Part shown: positions 55,150-64,000 of the stretch, one piece after another
Position numbering within the stretch: position 1 is the stretch's first letter
Layout: each line of letters starts with the position of its first letter
NCBI RefSeq assembly: GCF_006345805.1
Contig: NC_043003.1
Location: 42,656,001 to 42,720,000, forward strand
Length of the DNA stretch: 64,000 nucleotides
Direction of reading: 5' to 3'
Source: Octopus sinensis
Lineage: Eukaryota
Translations under genes and position numbers: made by a program
Notes under the pieces: model-generated
Told to the model about the DNA's origin: nothing
Database searches by the model: none
Seen by the model: only the letters and a program-made list of their open reading frames with translations

Positions 55150-55692
55150 CTCTGGAACTTCACCATTCAAACTGACAGAGAGATAGATGCAAATAGGCCA
55201 GACATCATATTGAAAGACTTCAGACAAAGAACATGCCTCCTCATTGATATGACTGTCCCAATCGATATAAACGTATCTGTCAAGACCTACCAAAAACTGA
55301 GCAAATATAAAGATCTTGAAATAGAAATCAGCAAAATGTGGAACCTGAAGACCAAAACAATACCTGTTGTCATAGGTGCCCTGGGAATGATAGCGAAAGG
55401 GGTTGATTGCTACCTAACTCAGATACCAGGAAACCCTAAAATGGCAGAAATTCAAAAGATAGTGCTCATGGGAACTGCTCATATCCTACGCAAAATACTC
55501 TCTATGTAATCCCAAGATTTAAAGCAAACTTTTTATTTATTTATTAGACATTCACTAGTAAAACACCAAAAAATATATATATATTGGCACACTAGGCATA
55601 ACAACAACGTGAACTTCCAACCTGTTGTCTCTTGAGGTCTCTGGGTGAGACTTGGAGCCAAGTTGTACAGACATAAAGCAAAAGTCAAACAT
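55149..55692 (+). mobile_element. R4/Dong-clade LINE 3' fragment
   Basis: REIDANRPDIILKDFRQRTCLLIDMTVPIDINVSVKTYQKLSKYKDLEIEISKMW..GTAHILRKILSM*; (TAA)n on both sides. Confidence 0.93.
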
Positions 55693-55704
55693 ATAATAAT
55701 AATA

Positions 55705-55751
<47 letters not shown>

Positions 55752-56284
55752 GGAATAAGAGGAAGACGAAGAAGAAGGAGGAGGAGAAGGAGAAGAAGAA
55801 GAAGAAGAAGAAGAAGAAGAAGAAGAAGAAGAAGAAGAAGAAGAAGAAGAAGAAGCGAAGAAGAAGAAGCGAAGAAGAAGAAAAAGAAGAAATTTTGTTT
55901 GTCGTTATTGTTATCTTCTTAATTACAATCATTAAGCACTATGACATTATTTTAATAAAAAATGTATAGATGAAACTTTTTTTTTTTAAGAAGTATTATT
56001 AATATGATTAAAACACGAACAAGTACAAGGTGATGTAGGGGAAAAAGAAGGCAAGAAGGACAATAATAGCAACAACAATGAGAACTAAATCTCTAATAGA
56101 GAAAAAATAATAATTAAAAGCGAAAAAATAACAGGCTAACAAAGATGAAAATTTGTCGAAATCCATTGTACAAAAGTTGTAAATGAAAAATTAATGAACA
56201 TTAATAACAACTTTTAATGAATATTTAACAAATATATCAGACTAAAAAATCTAATTTCTTGTAGTAAAAAGTAAACTGCTTCAA

Positions 56285-56331
<47 letters not shown>

Positions 56332-56432
56332 TTATTTTATAGTATATATAAAATTCTATAACACATAATTGTTTACCATGTATATATATATTATATATAT
56401 ATATATATATATAATATATATATATATATATA

Positions 56433-56830
56433 CAAGAAAAAAGCAACAAGAATGGATTAGTTGTTCAGTACAATTGTTTCATAAGAAGAACAGATTTATT
56501 AAAAGCTGCAAATATTGCAGCAAATACAAGTGTCCCGTATTCATCAGCCAAAACACATATGAGTTTTCCAAACATCCTAGGGGGTGAGGCTACACTCATG
56601 AAGTATCGAAGAGAGTTCTACGAAAAGCAAAGTTAGATTGTAAGCAGACTTAAAATGTTCTCTAATGATGCACAGTTTTATAAAAGGTTTTTAAAAAAGT
56701 TTGTTAGCTTCACAGAAAAGGTAAATCCATCCATAATAATGCAGGTGTAATTTCCGGAGATATGAGGAGAGATTTTATTCTCAGAGAAGATGAATGTATC
56801 CATAATTATGTAGATGTAATTTCCTGATAT
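56433..56830 (-). mobile_element. Diverged solo copy of the Penelope-like terminal repeat that forms the 42-43 kb inverted repeat
   Basis: aagcaacaagaatggat..tcatcagc.aaa.cacat.tgagtt..acatcctag..gaggcta.actcatgaagta. Confidence 0.8.
56464..56553 (-). ncRNA. Type-I hammerhead ribozyme, sister of 43592-43682
   Basis: UUUUGG-CUGAUGA-...-GAA-ACAAUUGU-A-CUGAA; stem I kept through G-U pairs, palindromic stem III. Confidence 0.68.
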
Positions 56831-58614
56831 ATGAGGAGAAGATGTTGATCACACTTCTATTCGTTTCACAAAACTACTATGTTGGAAGAAGAGATTGGCT
56901 ATATTGGCTAAAAGAAGTCGCAAAAGAAGTCAGTGAAGCAGAAACCGCCCAAATAAGGACATTATGGGAGGAAGGGGGTGTAAGTACACAACCAATAGCT
57001 GTATGATGGTCAAAAATAATGTTCTCTTATAAATTATAAATCTTAGATTCCTGCAACACTGACCTAGATTTTCTGTCACCACAGAAATAAACTAAACTCG
57101 GCTCACTCAGACATATGTTTCATTGCAAAATTTATATAATACATGGCCTTCATATCTTATGAAACTGCAGAATGAGAATGGATATTTTTCGCAAAATATA
57201 AAATGAAATATAAGCACAATGCACATAAAAGTGTTTTTATTAAATGTTTTTAACGACACTCAATAATATTTCAAATTAGTATTATTACAGACAATGATTA
57301 AATATCTTGTTTTACAACTCTAGTGCAAAACATTGTAGAATTGTTCTTTTTGTTACACACGTGTTTCGGCAGACGCAAACACAGAGACGAGAGACACGCT
57401 AATACCCACAAGCAGAGTATTTATGTATGCATGAATCACAATAGACGTACATACGTAAATACATAAATTCAAATATACACTTAAAATATAAAGATATAAA
57501 TCTTGTAAATACAGCAACCCAGGGTTTCCTGGTCGAATTAAATATTTATTCTGCTATTTATGAAGCTGAAAACAACACTGTTTGTCAGTTGCCTTTTGAG
57601 CAGATAACGTTTCAACAAGAGACTCTCGTAAAGAAGACAAAAGAAAAAAATCACAAAAAAAGGGAGATAACTAGTGCTACGATAATTCCATGTCAAGCAA
57701 ACATAAACCAGATGTTAATAGTTTTCTAAGTCCCCGGTGATCTACTTTTAAATTCCGATAAGTTGTATTTTTTGAAATGCAGATATTGCAATAGAAATAT
57801 CGTTGCTCGAAATTATGTATTCGATGGAGGTTCTTAAGTTTTCCAATGGATACAGTTTTTTAAGGGAACGCTAAACATTTTTTTAGACCCGTTGATATAG
57901 GGTCTGGATTTAGAGAGAGATTGCTTTAAGATCTTACGTGTTCGCTACATCAATAGAGGTTTTAAACGCTTGTGATACTGTCGAACCACCAGTAGAGCGA
58001 TGGAGAGTGTCTGTTTGTATAATAAAGCCACTACAACCACCAATGGGCCCAAAGCACTCCACTCAGTACATGCGTTTTCTTTGAGACTGCATCGTTGGCT
58101 ACACCTATCAAACATCTGCCTCATGAAAACTCACACAGTCATTCTCCTAATTTCCCAGCAACCGTCATTAGGTGAAAGTTCGAGATGAAAGGCAGAACAT
58201 GAAGCACTGCTATCCATATTCATAAATTCCTATAATCCTATTGCAATCCCAATTCAAAACAGTTTTTTTTTTTCTGTTAGAACGGAAGAATTCTGCTTCT
58301 TATAGGAAGTAGTTTAGAATTTTGCTTGTTTTATGTCTTCTTATGGCTTTCTAGAGCTTTTATTTAAAACAATCGTAATTCAAGACGACGAGGAGTCTTT
58401 TCCAAGCCTACAAAGGTTGTCTGTCAAGGTGCAGAGGCATTTTTATGTTGTTTTGCTAGCAATAAGTGTCAAATTATTTTAAGTCACTCACTTTTGTCTT
58501 TAAAATGATTGACGCATTCATTAATATTGTCTCATTAAATTGTTCTTTTAGAAGAACGAATTAGAAAGCTTTGGGTCGTTTCCATCCTTACTCAGCTCTA
58601 ACCTCGTACTGTAT

Positions 58615-58832
58615 ATCGGTTTCAAATTTTGGCACAAGTTCAGAAATTTCGAGTGAGTGGGTAGGTCGATTACATCAATCCAAGTGTTCAAATGGTACTT
58701 ATTTTATCGACCTCCGAATGACTGAACGGTAAAATAGACCTCGGCGGAATTTAAACTCAGAACGTACAGACCAACAAAAAACCGGTAAGCATTTTGCCCG
58801 GCGTGCTAACGATTCTGCCAGCTCTCCGCTTT
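58615..58832 (-). mobile_element. SINE family C
   Basis: atggtacttattttatcgacc..gacctcggcggaattt.aactcagaacgta..gcgtgctaacgattctgccagctc. Confidence 0.85.
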
Positions 58833-59514
58833 AAAACTCGTACTGTATGTCAACAACACAAATAACTAGCTATGGCACGAAATCTAAATACCAAGTTTAT
58901 TAAAATATGTTCATATAGTAGAAACTTGTATATGTATTTGCTATAAAATATTGTTGGAAGGGTCATATTATTCAGCTGGGAAAACTTTTAGAGCACGGCA
59001 TGCTCTAATACTCTAAATAATTCATCTTCATATTAGATGTTTGACAATATTGTGAAAGCGGTGAATTGGTAGATTCGAGTGTGTCGGATAGGATGCATTG
59101 CGTTAATTGTATCGACACTTTAAATTCCATCTTTCTTCATTTCCGTGTTGATGAATAATGCATCATACCCGGACGAAGATTTGGCAGAATTGTAAGAGCA
59201 TTTAACGGGATGCCTTGCGTTATCTATTTCGCTTCTGTGTATTTTGAGTGCAAGTGTTGCATTCTATCAGCAGAAAAAGAGAAGAAGCAATCTCTGACTT
59301 TCTTCTCATGGTTTGCAACTGACAAATAATACCAGCAATTGAAAAATTAGTAAATTAGTGGTAAACATTAATTGGATTTGGTTCGATTAGCAGATCGACT
59401 ACTTTCACGACTATGCCTATATATATATATATATTATATATATATATATATATATAAATATCTAGGCTACCAACATATATATATACTATATTGCAGTCTC
59501 TATGGAGAGAGGAT

Positions 59515-59790
59515 CAGCATGTGATCAGATCTATAAGTATCCGTACTGTTGCCATAGTAAATGAAGATAAAATACAGAGTGTAACGCCACTTGGAACAGA
59601 TTGACCTTGAACTCTGCTGTGCAGGCGCACTAAGTTTTAACCTTCTAGCACAATTCCGCTGTTTACAGTAGTGCTTGAAAGGAAGATATGTTGCGTGTGA
59701 TCGTCGCACTGACCATGATAAAGAAAGTTGAGCAGAGATATCTGCATCAAATTTTGCCAAAAGCTTGGAGATACCTGCTCAAAAAGTTTT
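59515..59790 (+). mobile_element. Mariner 5' end (terminal repeat, 5' UTR, transposase start)
   Basis: ataagtatccgtactgttgccatagtaa; translation KKVEQR..CIKFCQKLGDTCS. Confidence 0.7.
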
Positions 59791-60420
59791 CGTCACTCAA
59801 AAAGTTTTCATTGTTCTCGACACAATCAAGGAGATTTTGTGTAACTGAAATCCGAGTGTCTCTTTAATCACCTGAAAGCACTATGGCACAAACTTGGTAG
59901 GCACGCGTCTCAAAACCAAATATTCAGTGATAATGGACTGAACTGAACCGTAACTAACCTGCACAAGCTCTGATAACTCACGGATGGTGATCCGACGGTT
60001 TCCGCCTCACACCTGTACACACATCTGCGATGTCTTTCTCAGTTCTGCTGGTCGCGGGTCTCCCAGACGATTCGTCTATATCAACATTTTTTCGGCCATC
60101 ATGAAAACGTTTGAACCACTCGTATACTTGTGTGTAGATCATACACTCCTCTCCATACACTATCTGCAACTCTGCGCAGGCCTCTGAGCAGTTATAGCCA
60201 CGACAACTTTCTTTGTCATGGTCAAATCGACTATCACACGCTACACCGCTCCTTCCAAGCTCTGCTGTAAACATCGGAAGTGAAGTAGAACGCTAAAACT
60301 TAATAAACATGCACAGCAGCGTTCTCGGTCAATCTTTGCCAAGCAGCTTTACTCAGCGTGCTTTAGCTTCGTTACTATGGCAACAGTCCGGATACTTATT
60401 GGTCAGAAGTCATACACTGG
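59790..60420 (-). mobile_element. Mariner 5' half with N-terminal DNA-binding domain, inverted relative to 59515-59790
   Basis: VYGEECM..TQVYEWFKRFHDGRKNVD.DESSGRPATS; TIRELSELVQVSYGSVQSII..RRVPTKFVP. Confidence 0.88.
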
Positions 60421-61977
60421 CTTTCCTGCCAAGGTCAACCCACTATACAGCTACTTCTATACAGAAAACATGTGACTATATAGTAATATTCTGCATAATA
60501 TAAAGCTGCATGTATACAGTTAAAATGTACATGCTGCAATTATCTGACAAAATTTACATACTATGAAATTGTCGCTATACAGATTGTATATGGAACACAA
60601 GTTCCTATCTAGTCAACATCTCCTCTCAAATAATCGATTGGCATCTATAAATTGTGCCTAAAGATAAAATTCATACAGAAAATTTTGTAACCAGAATGTT
60701 TTATCTAGATTATTTGATTCCAGCAATTCAACAGACAACTGACTTTTACCTGTCTACAGTCTCTGGCCTTACATTCAAACTAGAAATGATTTATATTGAT
60801 AATTGCTTATCTCAGACTATTCTTTTGTCTTCTATTGTATCGTGCTCACCCCGACTCTTTTTATATTTAACCGCGACATCCCATATATATCATTTGTACA
60901 CAACATTAATATCTATTAAATCATGGCATTACTGACATGAAACAAGACATCTAAATGTACAAATAATATATCTGGACAAAGATCTTGCTACTTTCTCAAT
61001 ACTGTTCTATAGTTATCATTTCAACGAGATATTTTTTTTTATTGAATTTGATTTCGAAGATGTTAATCATCATCTGTCATAAAGAGACTGCTTTTCTTCA
61101 ATACAATAAGAATTAAAGAACAATAGGATTTTCATACATTAAAAGAGCTGTATTCTATTTTGACAATAAATATTTATGTTAAAGTCCTTGACGTTCACAA
61201 AAGTGCTATTGTGCAGTAATTACATTGTACGCTAGACGTCTGCAAATTTCTTCCTAACACAAATTCTATCATCATTTGCAATCATTTATCATTCTTTATA
61301 ACATTATTGCCAAGAGTGACAACGTAATAAAGAGAACCATGTAGAAAATCTCACTTAATTTTCTCCGAAATTTAGGACTTTAAATCTGCGTGTAAAAATT
61401 ACCACTGTTCCAGAAAATAGTTTTCTTAAATGCACCTATATTTTACCACAATCTGTCACCATTTATTAGAATATCAGTAACGTGTTTAACGAATTTATAT
61501 TTGACAAATTGTTTTATTTTATCATATAATCGGGTGGACGGCAGAGATCTTTACCTTAAACAGTGCCTACGATGTATGAAGGGAAGATTAAACAATTAAA
61601 TGGATGGATTAGAATAGGAATTTGATTAAATTCAAGATCTTGTAAAGTGAGAGGAAGGTATCCTCAAATGAATACCGGGCCCAGTTGCTTGTAACAAACA
61701 TGATTCTGTTAAAGACCCCTACCCCCACCAATTAACAAGCGTTACTGCTAAACTGGGAAACGGATTAAGTGTATCACACAACTAGGCTTTAGATGGATGT
61801 AATCACGGAACACAAATATTCCAAGGCAAATATTCTTAGACATCTAATAAGATTCTGTTACAGTTCAGTAGTCTGCCGCCCTGGATGAGTAATGTTTTAA
61901 TGGAACTCCCAAAATAATGTTTAGAACTAACACTAGCTAAATCTTAACTTAGAGAGAGAGAGAGGTAGATAAATAGA

Positions 61978-62024
<47 letters not shown>

Positions 62025-62054
62025 ATGGTTTCGAGATTCCTTTCACTGCGCAGC

Positions 62055-62142
62055 ACTTGCACAAGTATTTTCTACCATAGCCACGAGCCGACCAATGTCT
62101 TGTGAGTGGATTTGGTAGACTGAAACAGAAAGAAGTTCGTCG

Positions 62143-62145
<3 letters not shown>
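62055..62145 (+). mobile_element. SINE family A fragment
   Basis: gcacaagtattttctaccatagcc..tgtgagtggatttggtagac.gaaac.gaaagaag. Confidence 0.7.
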
Positions 62146-62203
<58 letters not shown>

Positions 62204-62213
62204 TGTGTGTGCG

Positions 62214-62261
<48 letters not shown>

Positions 62262-62262
<1 letters not shown>

Positions 62263-62558
62263 TTTGTTCCTTCTCGATCCACGCCTGGCTCATAAGGGGC
62301 GGTTTCTCGGTTTCCATGGCGTATAGGTTCCCCACCTGGACGGAACGTCGGTCTGTTGCAAGTGAGCTGCAAGATGCAGAAGGAAAGAGTGAGAAAGTTG
62401 TGGCGAAAGAGTCAGCAGAAGTTCGCCATTACCTTCTGCCGGAGCAGCGTGGAGCTTATGTGCTTTCGCTCATGGACACACATTGTCCGGTCTGAGATTC
62501 GAACCTGCGATCCCTCGACCTCGAGTCCGCTACTCTAACCACTAAGCCATGTGCCTCC
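62262..62558 (-). mobile_element. SINE family R
   Basis: Reverse complement homologue of 45201-45494. Confidence 0.88.
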
Positions 62559-62611
62559 ACACACACACACATATATATATAACGGTCATTTTCATAGCAT
62601 TTTTTCCGATG

Positions 62612-62681
62612 GCCAGATAACTGAAGAGATGGCGGCGTGGATTTCCACTTCGGCATCCGAAACTCGGAGTTTTCTCATGGC
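62612..62681 (+). ncRNA. Type-I hammerhead ribozyme motif with long stem II
   Basis: GCCAGAUAA-CUGAAGA-[GAUGGCGGCGUGGA UU UCCACUUCGGCAUC C]-GAA-ACUCGGAGU-U-UUCUCAUGGC; GUU triplet. Confidence 0.62.
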
Positions 62682-62739
62682 TACCGAATAATTGTCATAT
62701 ATTACATTTACAGATAAATTCCGCTATTTACAATACCGA

Positions 62740-64000
62740 GGTCTCAATGCTTGGCTACTGCCATTTCGTGTTGCTACATAATTTTACTTCACTAATTCCT
62801 TTTAGAAATTCACATATGGTGTATGATGGAGTTTCATGCCGCCGCTCTAATCTGCACTTCCTGCTATGAAGTTAGTTCATCTGGGACACTTGAGAGTAAG
62901 AGGTCTAATTTCGTTTTGAAGGCAGCTACATCCACCCCATGTAGATCTTTCAGGTCCTTCGGGAGGATATTGAAGAGCTGTGGGCCTTTAAAGCCAATGC
63001 TGTTGCAATAACTTGTCCTATATCTTGATGGCGAAGTTGGAGTCTTTGGTACTATGCAGTGACGCCCTCTTCTAGTATCTGTGTAACTCCCTGTGCCAAA
63101 GCTTGGGATAAGTCCCTCTAGGATTTTACAGATGTATATTATGGCATATCTTTCCCGCCTACGCTCTAGAGGATAGAGTCTCAATCTCTTGAGTATTTCC
63201 CAGGAGCTTATATGCTGCATAGAGGCTATCTTCTTCGTGTAGCTTCGTTGGATTGCCTCAAGTTCTGCAATTGATTTTACACTGGTTGGTGACCATAGCT
63301 GGGAGAAATAGTCAAAGCGGCTTGGGGCAAGTGTCCACCAGAGGACCATTGCGGTTTCCTGATCTCTCGTTCTAAAATTTCCAAGAATCCATCCAGACAG
63401 CCGCCTGCATTTCATTGCCAACTTAGCAACATGCACATGGAAGGATGCATCATTACTCATGTAAATGCCAGGTCGCGCACTGACTGTGTCTCTGGGATTG
63501 CAATCCCGCCAGGTCCAGTGTATTTAATTGGTATTGCATTTAGTTTTGCATGCTGATAGCACAAAGCATGAAACTTTTCAGCATTAAACTGCATGCTATT
63601 CTTCTCAGCCCACTTGTATATTTCATCCAAGTCACATTGCAGGTGCATAGCGTTCTCAGGGTTCTATATCACCTGTGAGGCTTTTGTATCATCTGCATAA
63701 TTTGTGTTCGTGACTCTCTGTGTGGCTGAGGGCATATCTGAGAGGGCCATTATAAACAGTAGTGCCTTGCAGAACACCGCTTACGATTTGCGTGTCATTG
63801 GAGATGGCCCCATTAGGTACTACTACTTGACTTCTGTCCTTCAGAAAGTCATGCAGCCATTCTCTTAATTTCCCGATATATATATATATATATAACATAT
63901 GTTCGGCCTGAGTAATTTTTACTTGTGGAATTTTTGCATCTGTTAGTTAGGAAACATATGTTGTATGGATTTTACCTGCTCCATTCCCTCAATTTGGATT
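62740..64000 (-). mobile_element. CR1/L2-group LINE 3' part (RT), decayed
   Basis: QIVSGVLQGT; CDLDEIYKWAEKNSMQFNAEKF; ORF 62864-63460 RFDYFSQLWSP..LEAIQRSYTKKI..LRLYPLERRRERY; TA repeat inserted near 63880. Confidence 0.92.

Noticed and set aside
56840-57005. 54-aa plus-strand ORF with a GGT/gtaagt donor
   Set aside because: It is contiguous with a Penelope-like terminal repeat, has no acceptor and shows no recognisable homology
60378-60395. RFX X-box-like gttactatggcaac
   Set aside because: It sits in the subterminal region of a mariner end, with a counterpart in the inverted copy near 59548, so there is no evidence of a host promoter

Overview
AT-rich, microsatellite-saturated animal genomic DNA. 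The SINE families and the repeat landscape suggest an octopus (cephalopod) genome; this is inference, not a database match. Almost every listed ORF is a translation of simple repeats or a transposon fragment. Recognisable content: (i) at least four tRNA-derived SINE families; (ii) decayed LINE pieces of the RTE, Tx1/L1, R4/Dong (restriction-like endonuclease) and CR1/L2-type clades; (iii) a Penelope-like element (RT plus GIY-YIG) and many Penelope-like terminal-repeat remnants; (iv) mariner fragments, MITEs and several foldbacks, including a near-perfect 1.4-kb inverted repeat. The only host-gene signal I can support is two phase-compatible minus-strand exons (37355-37471 and 36722-36796) of an unidentified protein. 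Most interesting observations: nine type-I hammerhead-ribozyme-like folds from about five repeat families, one with a swapped G3-C8 core pair and one duplicated as the arms of the 1.4-kb hairpin; and three LINE clades that each sit in their own microsatellite, Tx1 in (ATCT)n, RTE in (TATG)n and R4/Dong in (TAA)n. All analysis was by eye, so the ends of decayed elements are approximate.
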